DNA of 64,000 nt from the human T2T-CHM13v2.0 reference genome, Homo sapiens. Under the pieces are notes generated by a model. The model was given only the letters and a program-made list of their open reading frames with translations, made no database searches and was not told the origin of the DNA. Position 1 is the stretch's first letter. Every line of letters starts with the position of its first letter. Both the position numbers and the translations under genes were made by a program. The DNA lies in assembly GCF_009914755.1 (NCBI RefSeq), contig NC_060935.1; one strand, given 5' to 3'. Of this stretch, positions 48,481 to 64,000 are shown one piece after another.

Positions 48481-48559
48481 GCCTCAGAGAATTCTTGCCT
48501 AATGGGAAAGAATATGGCTAAAGAAGAGTCATAGCAGATCCTCTAAAGAACAAGATACA

Positions 48560-48862
<303 letters not shown>

Positions 48863-51727
48863 TGGATATAAGCCTACCTCCTTTTGCAAAGGTCTAAGAG
48901 AGGTACCATTCCCCTTCCATGCACCCTCCAAGCAAGCACACAAGAAAAAATTATCAGCTTCTCACCTTGACATGTTATCATGTAACACAGAGATGGAAGA
49001 TGTCACCATGGCCTTAAATGAGCTCAATCAGCCAGAATTGATGTATGTAGGGACATGGAATTCCTATCAAATTTAATAGCTTTATCAAAGGCATAGAATA
49101 GTGTGTGGAGGGAAGTTAACTCCTAAATTATCAAAAAGTGAAGAAATAACAAATAATACCTAACAAAAAAAGGGACAGCGATGCAGAGAAGTTAAGTAAC
49201 TTGACAAACCTCACACAATTATTAACCTGGAAGAGATTCAGTCCCACAACTTTCCATCTTCAAAACCCCATGTTCTTTCTACTTCCTGGTAACCATCTTC
49301 TGAGAAATGAAGTTTCTATCACAGATATTTGCTTGCATCCTTTTCTCCTTTATTTTCCTGTAAAACTATTTTACAGGGCCTCTTTTTAACACAGTCTGGT
49401 CCCAGATGCACTCTTCACTCCCTATTATACTACTTCCTTTCACAAATAGCCAGGATGACTTATTTAATTTCGTCCATTTTCATGTTTGTCACAATTTGTT
49501 GGTGCCTGTTCTCTACTTGTTATCCTCTAAACCCACTGTCTTTACCAAGTACTAGCTTTCCAGATTTCTGATCCATCTGTGAAGCCCAGCAGGGAATACT
49601 GCTTATCTGGGAATTTCCTAAGAACGGAGAATCTTGCACGTGAATACCCAACTGTAACCCCTCTGCACGCCTCCCTTAGCTCATTGCCCTTTCTTTAAAA
49701 AAGTTCTTCCTTGCAAGTTTCACACTAGGTGATTATGAAGAGAATTAAGTGATGTGAATTTCTTAATCAATTTCATGCTGAGAAGATCAGCAAGTTACAA
49801 CAGAAAGAAAATTTTAAGGAAATTAATACCCTGTCTAGTTCGAACCTTTCTCTGTATCCATCAGGCAGGCCTGGATACTCAATGTTGTCAGCAAAAACAA
49901 AAAATAATCAATGAATAAATAAAAACATTCATTCTCAGTTAAGACATCTTTTCAAATACTAGTTACCAGAGGTTGTGTGTGGAATTATAGTAGTATTTAC
50001 AACCACTCTAGAATGCTATGTCTTTAGAAAGGTATAATAAAATAGATCCAGTTTATAATACACTACTACATTCCAAGTGTTTTATACTTATAATTCCTAA
50101 TCTTTGTGAATTCATTATCTCCTCATCTAAGACATAAAAATAGCAGAGACTGATAGCTAGAGACAATTCCCCAAAATCACACAACTGATGAGAGTTAGAG
50201 CTGAGATTTGGAAACATGAATCCAGCTTGGTACTAGGAAATCCTGTTCTTCCAAGGTAAGCTAAGGATAAATATTACCAGGAATTTAGCAGGAACTAATC
50301 CTCTTAAAACCTAGAGGCCCACAATTTGCCCCACTCCTGCAATAGTCCCAGCTTATCATTTTTCTATGGACCAGAAGTTTTAGTAGTTTCTGGGGTGATT
50401 GCCTGACATGGTAGAAACGCTGGTGTTCTTTAAATGAGATGGACCTAGGTCAGAATTTTAGTACTTTTTAAAATTACTTGTGAGACCTTAGATCATGTCA
50501 GTAACATTACCTGAATCTCAGTTTACTTTTTTGGGAAATGTATGTTACAGATTTGCATTCCATTCCACAATGTAAGTGAGGCAAAAAGGCAACTTTTTTT
50601 CTTAAATTTAGCTAAATTTCTATTTTTAGCTCTCATTCTGGAAAGGAGGTAGAGATATATTTTTATTCAATTGGATGCCCCACCACCCACTCCTCTTATT
50701 ATGGTATTTGAGAAAGCTTACAAAGATGTCAGTGGTGAAAAATAAAAGGGAGTAATTCTAAATATCCATCTAGATCAGGTAAGCCCAGCTTTCTTTAGTG
50801 TTATCTTTAGACTTTGGTACACAAAAGTTACCGTAGCACAGTCTGTGGGTCTGATGACTCTTTTAGTTCATTATTGCCAACATGGGGCACATGAGACTTC
50901 TCCTGATTCCGAAGAGTCCCAGGCCAAGGGAACCCTGGTGACACTATGGTCTCATCTACCTGGTAAAGCAATTGCCATTTCTCCTGTAGGAATTTGCCCT
51001 ACCACTGGGCTCTAACCAGTGTACAGCCCAGCTATGGACATTCTCAGCATATTTATGTCCCAAAGAGCTCATTTTTAAAAACTCTCCTCTATATTTCAAA
51101 ATTATATTCAGTAATTATCAATGAAATGGCATAAATAATAATAGTGGTTAAAAAAGAAAAGCAATGAAAATTGTCTTCTATTAAACTTTGTGTATATAAT
51201 TACGCCCAGTAAAAAATAACTAATAAAAATGGCAATACAAAAAAAGTAGATTTATGCTTTTTGATTACATTAATTTATGGGGGGAAGTGGAAAAATATTT
51301 AAACAATTAGTACCCTATTGCTGTGATAACACTATTATAATTTAATCATAATTAAAATAAAAAGATGGAAATTTTAAATATAAAGAATCTTACCCAAATT
51401 CAATAAAATATTTATGTTACAAATGAAAACATATACTTACCAAACAAAAATATTGTTAGTTATACTTCAGGCTCCATTTTACTATTTTAAATGTTAAAGC
51501 ACAAGTAAAAAATGTCATTAATCATACGTTACGGCAGAAGTAAAGTAATTCAAGTCTTGTTTTCAGGATTTTACAATCATTGTGCTATCATTGTTGATTT
51601 TGAATATTCTTTTTAAAGGTAGTGTGTGAAATCATCAGCTGATGCAAAAAAGAACAAGGATAGCTCTCAATATTTAAAGTTACCCTAGGAATGACTTTTC
51701 TTGTAACTGAGTTTGTGGGTTAGGGAT

Positions 51728-52180
51728 TGTATTAGTTTTCTAGGGTGGCTGGATGAAATTAATTGATGGCTTAAGACAGTAGAGATTAATTCGTTTACAG
51801 TTCTGAAGGCCAGAAGTTTGAATCGAGGTGTTGGGAGCCCCACATTTCCTCCACCCACTCTAGGGAAGATCCTTTTCTTCACTCTTCCAGCTTCTGGTGG
51901 TTGTCAGCATTCCTGGGCTTGTACAGCTGCCTCACTGCAATCTCTGCCTCTGTCTTTATATAATCTCCATTTATCTATGTGTCCCTCTCCAGTGTGTCTC
52001 TTCTAAGAACACTTTTCATTGAATGTAGGGTCCTCCGCCCCCAGTAATCCAGGACAGTCTCATCTCAAGATCCTTTATGATTTCTACAGCGATCCATTTA
52101 GAAATAACGGTAACATTTACAGGTTTGGGGGATTAGGACATGGACATATCTTTTTGGAAGCTACCATTAACTCACTACAG
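51728..52180 (-). mobile_element. MLT1C-like (MaLR) LTR
   Basis: tgtattagttttctaggg...acagttctgaaggccagaag...ggacatatctttttgg...cactaca. Confidence 0.8.
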
Positions 52181-53760
52181 AGACCAATGGAATAACTAGG
52201 AGGTCACTGAAAAACTGCTATGTTGAATACAATATATGTTAAAAGATAAATTTTCAAACGTACGTGCTAATTGTTAGTTTATGTATATATTATTAAAATT
52301 CAACATTAACTACAGCAGTTATTTAAAACTTAAGACTAAGAAAATATTCTTATCTGGGAGAATCATTTTATCATCAACATTATTTAGAATAACCTGCAAA
52401 TGATGATTTAAAAAAGAAGCAGACTTCTAGTTGGTTTTATTGCTGTTGTTCAATTCATGTCAGACATTATACTCCTTTGTTGCCTGTGCCCAGGGTAGAT
52501 CCAGCCCCTCTTTTCCTTCAATTGCCTTTGCTACCTCACTGCTGGCACAGGACTCTATGTTTCAATTCTATGAATGTATTTGATGGTTCACCGTTTTCTG
52601 GGACTTGGCCTAGAGAGTGGGCACAGGGCCCCTTCCTCTAAGGCTTACCCGCATCTCTGCTCTCATGTTTTCTCTGAATCTAATTTTTCTCTACCATTCT
52701 AGAGAGTCCTTTCTAATATGAAGGACAGAGAGTAATGAGTAGATAGGAGTACATGACACACAACCTCATACTGTTTTCTCCCCAAGTTTTTCCTACATGC
52801 CAACAGTTAGATTCCCTTAAGAGCCTAAATGTTTCAAGCCATATGGTCTAAGAAAAGACTCTTTTTTTTTTTCCTGCTTTATATTACACATCTCTTCCCT
52901 AATGCATACCACATTTTGGGAATACTGCTATAGAAACTAAAAATCTTTATCTAAGGCTCTTTTGGGTTAGTTACTATATTTCTCTCCTAGCAAAAGCAGA
53001 GACATTCCCTTCTGGCTCACTTATTTCCCAAGTGCATCACTTGAAAAAAGGCTTAAGGATTTGTTGTTGTTGTTGTTCTTAAGTTTCAGAATCTCCTTAG
53101 TTCAGTTAACCTGAGCAAACTATGGATAATGTCTAGGTTTCAGTTAGCTTTTCATATCTATTTTTATTACCGTGTAAGAGGCAAGGCGTTATGATATATA
53201 GGTAGTGTTGTCTCTTCCCCAAACCAAGAACATTAAATTTCATTGTGTCTCCCAAGTATTACCCCCACCCATCAGCATTCTAGCTGTGTTTTCATAATGT
53301 GATTGTTACACCAACATGATGTGTGCCCTACCCTATTCCAAAATTAAAAGATCTCTTTAAGAAGGCAGGTTTTAAAAAAATTCTGATAGATTTCTCAAGA
53401 AACATCTGTGAATTCTTAAAAAGTGGGTTATTAAATTTTCTAATTTCCCCATGTTTCATTATTCATTCACCTCAAAGAGAACTAGATAAGGCCTAAATGA
53501 AAATTCTGTTTCTACCACTGAGGTTCAGTTCATCTTTCACAGTTTTATTTCTTATATTTTTGACACAGTTGCAATTTCCCTCTCTCTATACTGAAATTTA
53601 TTATAAAGTTTTTCTATTGTCTTGGATATTGCATTTGCAAAATGTATTCGTGACAACTTTCAAGATTCTTTTATCTTAAGTATGTTTTAAGGCAAGATCT
53701 CATTGTGCTTTATAAGAGAATAGAAAAATGAGTTTGCCAAATGGTGACCTTCTGATTAAA

Positions 53761-54890
<1,130 letters not shown>

Positions 54891-54906
54891 TAAAACACAG
54901 TTTTGG

Positions 54907-55198
54907 GGCCGGACGCAGTGGCTCATGCCTGTAATCCCAGCACCTTGGGAGGTCTAGGCAGGTGGATCACCTGAGGTCGAGAGTTTGAGAACAGCCTGAC
55001 CAACATGGAGAAACCCCGACTCCTCTAAAAACACAAAATTAGCCAGGTGTAGTGGCACATGCCTGTAATCCCAGCTACTTGGGAGGCTGACACAGAGAAT
55101 TGCTTGAACCCAGAAGACAGGTTGCGCCAAGGTCACGCCATTGCACTCCAGCCTGGGCAACAAAAGCGAAACTCTGTCTCAAAAAAAAAAAAAAAAAA
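54907..55198 (+). mobile_element. AluS (Sp-like)
   Basis: cagcctgaccaacatggagaaacccc; caacaaaagcgaaactc. Confidence 0.9.
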
Positions 55199-55852
55199 GG
55201 GAAAACATGTCCATTAGCATTTCCTCCTAATAAAGACCATTCATAACACTTCAGAATCCTGCAATAAGCAAGAAAAATTATCTGGAAATTAATGCACTGC
55301 ATTCACCTGCATTTAGAAGAATAGAGAAAACAGGGAAAATTTGTACAGTTCTTATTTTATGTGAGCTGTTAATATATATTTTTCTCTTAATCTTCACAGT
55401 AATCCTAAGATACGTGTATAAATATCACTCAATGTGCAGAAGAGAGTCTGACTAGGTCAATTCCTCCTCTAATATGCTGTCCTTGGTAATGTTTTTCACA
55501 AATGAGACTGTTCACTTATTTGATGATTCTTTGATTTCTGCCTCCCCTATCTTAGTCTATAAGCTTAGTGAGGGCAGGAGTTATATATGCTTCTTGCTTG
55601 TTTGTTTGCTTGGTTCCACCAAGTATGCCCAGTGCCCATTACGAAAACTCCAATACATTATAGGTTCTTAATAAATATATGTTGAATAAACAAAATGGCG
55701 TAATGCCTTAGTATTAGAAAATGACAGTGCTGAGGCTGGGACCTCTGTCTCTGATGAGAAAGCTTGCAACAATAATTATTCTATGGTTTTCTTGCCCATA
55801 TGCTTATAATAATTGCTTTATTTATGCAAGGTGGGTTTCTAGTGTTGTCAAA

Positions 55853-55934
55853 GGCTGGGAACCGTGGCTCAGCCTATAATCCCAGAGCTTCGGGAGGCAG
55901 AGGTGAGAGGATCACTTGAGGCCAGGAGTTTGGG
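55853..55934 (+). mobile_element. Alu/FLAM 5' fragment
   Basis: ggctgggaaccgtggctcagcctataatccc...gaggccaggagttt; tgtcaaagg occurs on both sides. Confidence 0.7.
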
Positions 55935-57054
55935 ATAGTACTGTCAAAGGACATGATAATACGTGTATAGTCTGATCTCTGGGCCACTAGACAGTCACTT
56001 AATGATTACATTTTCTACCAGTCCCATTAATTTTACCATTAATCATGTAGCATGTTCCAAAGCTCACCTGCTTTATCTACAGTTTTTCATTATTATTCAT
56101 TTGTCTGATTTGGGGTCACAATATTGAAACCTTGGAAACCTTAAAAGAGACCTGTTTTAGCAATAATGCATATGCATATTTTTCCCTGGCATCTACAAAT
56201 GGAGTAACTGTGGTAACAGAAGCCTTCTAAATTTGACAGCATAAAATATATATATATATAGCTATTTAAATATTTCATCGAGATGACTACAGTGGTTAAA
56301 AGGGCACCCCCATTTACTGAGGTCAAATGGCACAGGAGCTTCATAAATTCTTTCTTGTTGATCAATTCATATTAAAGGCCCTTGGATCTAACCACATCTC
56401 AGTTTGCACACACACATAATTCTTCCTGCATAAAGTTTTGATGGCACTCTAAACATTTCTGGAATTAAATTTTGTGTATCATTTGTGGTCACATTATCAT
56501 CTTTCTCCTAGTTGTCTTTCCAGGTTTATACACGAGCTTCTAAGTATAAGGATCCTGCCATCAAAGACCAATGACGAAATGAGTAAAAGAATGGTTATTT
56601 GCCAAGTTTATTTTCTGCCACCTTAACTCTTAACTTGTAACAGGTCAAAATTATAAAAAAATAAGTCAAACACTAGATTAGTTTAAAATATATTTTGAAA
56701 TTATATTTCAAGGAAATTAGCATATGTAAAATAAAGTCCACATCTGGTATGGAATACAGGTAGTGGTAGAGCAGAGCTGCTGGAAGAAAGATGGGCAATG
56801 CTGCAATCCCATCCACACCCATTCTATGGAAAATGTAAAAATCCAGTAACACTGATATTCACCTTAAATAGCACTCTTTCCCGAATACTTGAAATGTTTC
56901 AAATTGATGTATTGATCATATTTCCACATCTTTCAATAGTCATTAGCAATGTACAGAATGATGCAATTTTAGAGCTATCTTTATTTTGGGTCCATTTGAA
57001 TGAGATGTGATTTACATTTTTCACTATGAACTACAGTGAACACCATTTATTTAG

Positions 57055-57349
57055 TATTATTGTTATTATTATTTAGGACAGAGTTTCACTCTTTTGCCCA
57101 AGCTGGAATGCAGTGGTATGATCTCAGCTCACTGCAACTTCTGCCGCTCAAGTTCAAGTGATTCTCATGCCTCAGCCTCCCAAGAGCTGGGATTACAGGC
57201 ATGTGCCAACACACTCACCTAATTTTTGTATTTTCAGTAGAGATGGTAAAAATGTTGGCCAGGCTGGTCTCAAACTCCTGGCTTCAAGTGATCCAACTGA
57301 CTTGGCCTCCCAAAATGCTAGGATTACAGGCTTGAGCAACCATGCCCAG
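57055..57349 (-). mobile_element. Old Alu (J/S)
   Basis: Dimer with (TAT)n tail. Confidence 0.88.
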
Positions 57350-58385
57350 ACAACACAATTTAATTAACCATTTTCAGAGGTTTAAATCTGTAATGAAGAT
57401 AGGGTCCAGTTTTAGACTACCATTCTTCAGGGTCAAAGCTTAGGGAAAGAAGATAATTTTATTTATAATCATTGCTAGGTTGACTTTGCTTATCATTTCT
57501 CATAGCTGCACGTATAGGTGAGAATGGGCCAGGTTATGCTGTGTTAATATCACCAAATATCATTGACTTAAAACAACAGTGGTTTATACCTCACTTATAT
57601 TGCGTGTCAATCTCTGACTGGCTGGGCACTCACGCTGCTCATTGTCATTACATTTCATTCTCAGGGAAAAACCACTGTCTGGAAATCAAAAGTTGTCATA
57701 AAGAAAAGAGAAAGTTCTGGAGAGTCTTTGCATGAACAATTAAATTATTCTAATGGAAGTGACGCACATTTCTTCTGCTCATTACTCTTTGGCCAGGACT
57801 GTCACTTGCCCCAGCCAAACAAGGGATTCTAAGAAATATAATCCTATCTGGTGACTGGGAAGTAATGGGGTATAAAAGATTAATGCACAGCAGTAATTAC
57901 TACTATATTGCATGAGGCTTTATAGCTTCAAGAGGAAGGAAGGATAAAGAGATGAGAAAACTTCAAATGGGGGCTCCTCCAGTGGAATACAGTTTGGCAA
58001 TGCAGAGCTTATTTCAGTCAGCCTTATTGTTAGGTTTTTATTATTATACACTCCTTTGTTTTTGTTTGTTTCTCCTTCTTATTATCTATAATTCCTGGTG
58101 ATAGTCTACTACATTTTATCTTAGAATGTGTTACAGGCTCCATTTGTGATAGGGTAGAGCTGATGTTTTTTTTCTTCCTTTTATTTGCTATGTAGGTTGT
58201 AGGAAACTTCTTTGGTTGCCATCTTTTCTATTGCCTCTAAAATTTGGGGTTTGGGAGACACCTTTGACTCATAGCAAAATATCTTGTGCCTAAAAATTAA
58301 AAGAACATGAATTTAAAAGATTATCTCATGCTGAATAACATGAATTTAAAAGATTATCTCCCACTGAATAGTCCTCCCTGTGATT

Positions 58386-59551
58386 GTGATTGCCTGACAG
58401 GTCCTTCTTGCCTGCTGCACAGACAAAACTAACTCATGGAGATGGTGGTATTATAGTAAAGAAATGGTTAAATTAACAGAAAGCTAGTGGAGCAGAAGTA
58501 CAGGAGTTTACTACTCAAATCAGCCTCACCAAGAATTCACCATGAACTAGAGTTTCTATGAATAATTTGGCAAGAAGGGGCTAGGGAATGGGTGCTTCTG
58601 ATTGGAGATAAAAATCATAGAGCTGTCGAGAATGGTCCTTGTGCACAAAGTAGCCTATGGGTGGGGGCCACAGGACTAGTTGAGTAATGAGTCACCGGCC
58701 TGGGTGGAGACAGTCAGTCACCAGAATGCAAAAGGCTGAAAAACATTTCAAAAGACCAATCGTAGATTCTACAATAGTGATGTTATCTATAGGAGCAATT
58801 GAGGAAAACACAAACATTTTGACCTATGGCCACATGACTCCTGAGTTGTAAGGGATTATAGAAAATCAATGGCTAGTTATTCTTTAACTATGCCTACATC
58901 TTAGAAGAATTCAGGCCTGTATTAGTCTGTTTTCACACTGCTAATACATACGTACCCAAGGCTAGGTAATTTATAAAGAAAAAGAGGTTTGATGGACTCA
59001 TAGTTCCACATGGCTAGGGAGGCCTCACAATCATGGTAGAAAATTAAGAAAGAGCAAAGGGACATCTTACATGTTGGCAGCCAGGAGAAAGTTTATGTAG
59101 GGGAACTCCTCTTCATAAGACCATCAGATCTCGTGAGACTTATTCTCTATCATGAGAAGGGCATGGGAAAGACCTGCCCCCATGATTCAATTACCTACCA
59201 CCAGGTCCGTCCCATGACATGTGGAAATTATGGGAGCTACAATTTGAGATGAGATTTGGGTGGGGACACAGCCAAACCATATCAAGGCCCTTGACATAAT
59301 CCTAATGTTGTGTTTTTTTATTAGTTTTACAAAGGTGATTTCAGTCCCCAAACTAAAAGGAAGTCAATTTTAGGGAGAGATTATTATTATCCTTGCTTCA
59401 AAGTTAAACAATAAACTAAATTACTCCCATGGTTAACTTGGCCCACACCCAGAAATGAGCAAGGATAGCCAGCTTGTGGGGATAGAAGCAATATGGAGTC
59501 AGCCATGCTAGATTTCTTTCACTGTTATATTTTTTTGCAAAAGTGGTTTCA
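58386..59551 (-). mobile_element. ERV1 solo LTR (LTR8-like) interrupted by THE1
   Basis: cttgcctgctgcacagacaaaac...actcaaatcagcctc; ends ttttgcaaaagtggtttca. Confidence 0.7.
58918..59284 (-). mobile_element. THE1 (MaLR) solo LTR
   Basis: tgtattagtctgttttcacactgct...ggggacacagccaaaccatatca; 5 bp TSD aggcc. Confidence 0.92.
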
Positions 59552-60095
59552 TAATTGGATAATATTCTTGATAACATACTATAGTAATGGAGAGATAGAT
59601 TTTACCATCTCTTGAGATGACATAAATCTTTGTAGGAGAGAAACTGCTTCTATTAGAAAAGAAATCCACCAATATAAATTGGAAAACGTATGTATTACAA
59701 AGGTCATATTGCCTCTCTCTATAGTATCAGTCAAAAGTACAAGATTAAAGCATTTTCTGATATTCTGCAAGAAAGAGGAAGAATAGTATTTGTTCTGCAT
59801 AAACTACTGGGTCATCACAAACAGTTTAGGTTACTAAGGAAATGTGGCATCAACGATGAGAAAACAGAAAAAAAAGAGGAGGGGTAATAAAAATAGGATA
59901 AAAATAGAAGGGAAAAGAAAATCAATAGAAGAAAATGCAGCAGGTTAAATGCATTTCTTTCTTCTCATATCTATATTGGCACTGAATAAAAGGCATTTAT
60001 TCAATAGATCCCCCAGTGCCTACCAATGTTTGGGCAGAGAGATGTCATTGCATTCAAGGCTCTTCATCATAGATCATTGAAATCAAGATCCTCTG

Positions 60096-60760
60096 TGTAG
60101 TAAAGATTGACTTTGCCCAGAGAATTGTTTGGCCCTTCCTTAAGGCTCCTAAAAGATCATCTCTAAACCCTAGATATGTCCTGCCTGATAAGAGTGTCTT
60201 TGTTTACCTAAAAGCCTTGGGTCACACTAGATAGTCTAATGCTACAACATGATTTATGTGGGGAGGCCTTGGGCCATGCTTGTCAGCTCAACATCTGCAG
60301 ATGCTGGAGGCTAAGGGTAGTCATGTCAGAAGTCAATTTTGTCAATGTGACCAAGCCCCCGTTAAAAATTCTAGATATCAACGCTTGAGTTGGTTGTACT
60401 CAGTGCTCCATATGTATCATCACACATTATTGCTGGGCAAAGTAAGCACTATCTGCACAATTCCACAGGGAGAAGACAATTGGAAGCTCCATTCTCAGAA
60501 CTCTCCAGGACCCTGCCCTATGTTCTTCTATCTTTATCTGATTTTAATCTGTATCCTTTTGCTGTACTGAGCTATAACTGAGTATAACAGCTTTCAATGA
60601 GTTGTAAGAGTTCATTTAACAAATTATCAAACTTGAAGGTGATTTTTAGGAACCCTAAACTTGTAATTGGTGTCAGAAGTAAAGGGGTTCTTGGGAACCA
60701 CAGAACTTTTCATTAGTGTCAGAAGTCATGGTTGTGGGGACTCTTAAACTTGTACCACCA
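60096..60760 (+). mobile_element. MER21 LTR
   Basis: ctttgcccagaga...gtcctgcctgataagagtgtctttgtttacc; ttggtgtcagaagt near end. Confidence 0.75.
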
Positions 60761-61374
60761 TGTCCAATCATAGGCCATTCTACTGAAGTCCTTCCATTGT
60801 ATGGTTCTGGATTATTTAGGCTCTTTGAGACAGAAGAACAAGTAATGAGGGCCATTTAATCACTGAGGCTTGACAATGAGGATATATTGGAAGTAATATG
60901 TGACAGAAAGTGTTGACTTCATGAAAGGGCAGCCTTCATAGACAACCAGAATATGCTTTTGTGAACAATGCAATTGATTATTTTAACAAGACATTTCTTT
61001 TCTCTTATTGATAATAAGAAGTTCTTCAATCCTTCATTACAATACCATTTAATCATTTTGGAACTAACTCCTCTCCACATCTATTTCTACTCCATCAACT
61101 AAGTTGCCTGTATTCTCTCTACTGCATAAGTTTATGCTTGTTCCTGGATCTGATAAATCACAACTGCTCCTCTCATACCTGCTATCTTCCCTCTGTGTGT
61201 CTTTTGACTTTTACCTATGCCCCTGAATTCTGCTATGCTCTGTATGTCAGGCACACAAAACCCTCTGAGATAAAATCTAGTTGAGCAAATTTCTGCCACT
61301 TTGGACTATTCACACTGAGAGAGCTCCTTATGCCAAGCCATCTCAAAGGCCAGTGGGTGACCTTTTCAATTACC

Positions 61375-61572
61375 TAATGCAAATATAATGCAAGCCACAT
61401 ATGTAATTTTTAAAACTTAGTAGCCACATTTCTTTAAAAGGGAGAAAAAACATATATAATATTATATCTAAATTACATCTAAAACATTATCATTTCAACA
61501 TGTGGCACTAACTACTTTTCCATTACTGAGTAGATACATGTGGCTGGTGGCTACCATATCAGAGAGTTCAGA
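61375..61572. mobile_element. MER3/MER33 hAT-Charlie relic
   Basis: aatataatgcaagccacatatgtaatttt...catgtggctggtggctaccata. Confidence 0.7.
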
Positions 61573-61789
61573 TTTTGACAGTTGAGATCCATGTAGAATA
61601 GTGGTGAACCTCATACTTCAAAACCCAGTTATTGAAAAGAAATACAGGATAATAATTATTATAGAAGATTCGGGAGACTACTTACACTTACTTATCATTA
61701 AATTTTAGCCATATTACTTATTAGCAGTGTAGCCTTGTAAGAAATACCTTATACTTCTGTTAATTTTCTCATATATAAAATAAGACCTG

Positions 61790-62110
61790 GGGCCAAATGC
61801 AGTGGCTCACGCCTGTAATCCCCAGCATTTTGGGAGGCCGAGGTGGGCGGATTACCTGAGGCCAGGAGTTCAAGACTAGCCTGGCCAACATGGTGAAACC
61901 CCATCTCTACTAAAAAATACAAAAATTAGCCAGGCGTGGTGGTAGGCACCTGTAATCCCAACTACTCAGGAGGCTGAGGAAAGAGAATCGCTTGACGTGG
62001 GGGATGGAGGTTGCAGTGAACTGAGATCACACCATCGTACTCCAGCCTGGGTGACAAGAGTGAGACTCCATCTCAAAATAATAATAATAATAAAATAAAA
62101 ATAATAAAAT
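61790..62110 (+). mobile_element. AluS inserted in a MIR
   Basis: Dimer; TSD aaaataagacct. Confidence 0.92.
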
Positions 62111-64000
62111 AAAATAAGACCTATATGATGTCTTTCTTATTGAGTTATGGTATCTCTCATGCTCTTGGCAGGAAGTAAATTTCACACTCAAAAAAAGTTA
62201 ATAAAGTGCCTATTTACAGAAGATGTATTCAAGGTTAATGGCAGCAATAAAGAATAGTCAAGTACCCAGAGACTAAAGATAGCGACAAGTCTTCATTTAC
62301 CACTGCATTGTCCATTTTGGCTTTAAAGGGATGTTGCTACCAGAGTTGGGTTGAAAGCTTGAATGTTTGGAAAAGGGGTCACATCACAAGAATTGACTCA
62401 GCCACTGCCAGAAATTTTGATAGTGAGGTCAGGAGGGAGCAGGATACACATAGGTAAGCTTACATGTCTGAACCCTTCTTTCATTCTCCCATCTCCTATG
62501 AGTGTTTCTCATCAATAAAACCCGACCAAATGTCAGGTAAAGGGATGAAATCTGGAGAAGTCAATCATGTGGGCAACAGAACAAGGTAGAGAATGAATCT
62601 GGGGTAGAAGGAGGCCAAATGACAATAACCAACACAGGTTATTATGACAGTTAAGTGAAAAGAAAATCTGTGTACAGCATTTAGTATAGCACCTGGCATA
62701 TAGCATATACTCAATATATGTTAGCTATTATTGTTAATTAAATTACATTAAGTCTACAGTTATCTTTGGATCAATCAGCTCTTATCATGGTGGTGAGGCT
62801 GTGAGTGGGTTAGACACTTAGAGGTTGATAGCCTCTTGACTGATATGAGCTCCAATCTCTATAATACAGCAATATTTCCTATCAGATACTACATATTCAG
62901 CCAAACCAAACCTAATGTTCTGCAAAGTTCTCTAATTAAATAATTTTTCTTGGAAACAGTCCGATTTAAGGAAAATCAATTTATTGAAAGCCTATTCCAT
63001 TTGCCAAAAGATCATTTGTCAATGACAATTTGCCAAATCCACCAAAGATACTGATTTCCCTAAAGGCTTACTTCTTCATTGCTTCTATTTATAATGTTTA
63101 TGGGAATTTTTATTTAATGGTTTGGCAGATTCTAGGAGGACTGCAGAGAGTCAGAACTCCACATTCAGAAATCTCTGCCCTTCTGCTTCTCTTACCTCCA
63201 TACTTCAGTTTTCTTTCTGTCCTTTATCTTCTTTTTCTCAGCTCCTTAGTGTCCCCCACCCTCTCTGGGTTTTCAATTCCTTGATATTCCTATAAACCAA
63301 GAAGTTTCCCTTCTCCATTCACCTCGCTGCCTCAAGACTGACCCAAAGGGATGGCATTGATGGCCTCTCTTGATTTCTGTCTTTCAGAAGAGTTAGGCCA
63401 ATGGGAAATACCAACACGAAAATGAAAGAAAGGAGGATCAAAAGGTTGAAATATTTTTTCCAATGTAGTAGCTATGACTGGCCCCATCCACAAATGAAAA
63501 GCCATGGCTCCTGTTGGGTGACTTTCCACACAGCTTTTCATCTACACGTTCCAAACACTTCTTCCTCTCCTTACTCTTGAAAAAATAGGGTTAGCTTTCT
63601 GCTCTTGGAATAGTCGTTCTGTGGTATTGCACTATTCTGAGTGGTTTTCCTATATTCTATTGACAACATTAAAATAATATCCTTTTACACACCTTTTGAA
63701 TTATCTTAATTTGAAACTGCTACCTTTTTTTCTCTCTACTTCACTCTGCCCTTCAGTGTCCCAAGGCCTCTGGCTTCTCTGCTCTGTATTTTTCACCCTT
63801 TTTAAAGAGCAGTGACTGAGAGATGCCTGTGAGCTTAGCTTCCTCTCTCTGTTCCAGTTTCCTTTTTTTGAAAGAGAAGAAAATGGGGTGGAAAGAAAGG
63901 CTGAGGGGTACAAAGGAAGAGACTACATGCAGAGAGATAAAGATAGGGGAGGGACAGAAGAAAGAATAAAGGGCAAATAAATAAAGAGATGGTCAGACTG

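Noticed and set aside
60669-60726. tggtgtcagaagt, complementary to a tRNA-Leu 3' end
   Set aside because: A primer-binding-site-like sequence belonging to the MER21 element, not a tRNA gene

Overview
Primate (human or great ape) intergenic or deep-intronic DNA. It is AT-rich and CpG-poor, and contains no intact protein-coding gene, RNA gene or CRISPR array. The first 14.5 kb is a nested LINE-1 stack: an old L1M host, into which a twin-primed L1PB inserted, into which a full-length but dead L1PA7-like element inserted. The rest is a mosaic of about 18 Alus (J, S and Y), MaLR/ERV LTRs, L2/MIR relics, hAT relics, two young truncated L1s and microsatellites. The stand-out non-repeat feature is a ~1.3 kb unspliced copy of part of DDB2 (XP-E gene) at ~18258-19545, covering the end of intron 4, exon 5, intron 5, exon 6 and intron 6. 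All four splice sites are intact, exon 5 carries a CGA>TGA stop, and the WDxR motif carries an R273C-equivalent change. Its left end is a poly-T at an Alu mid-linker, which suggests retro-copying of an antisense RNA or a templated repair insertion rather than a normal processed pseudogene. Other notable items are a ~700 bp AT-rich nested palindrome (36236-36941) and two repeat-free, homeodomain/SOX/GATA-motif-rich blocks that look like conserved enhancers (~24.3-24.8 kb and ~25.6-26.4 kb). Repeat subfamily names and DDB2 numbering are from memory of consensus/reference sequences, not from a search. Most short ORFs in the track are repeat or low-complexity artefacts.
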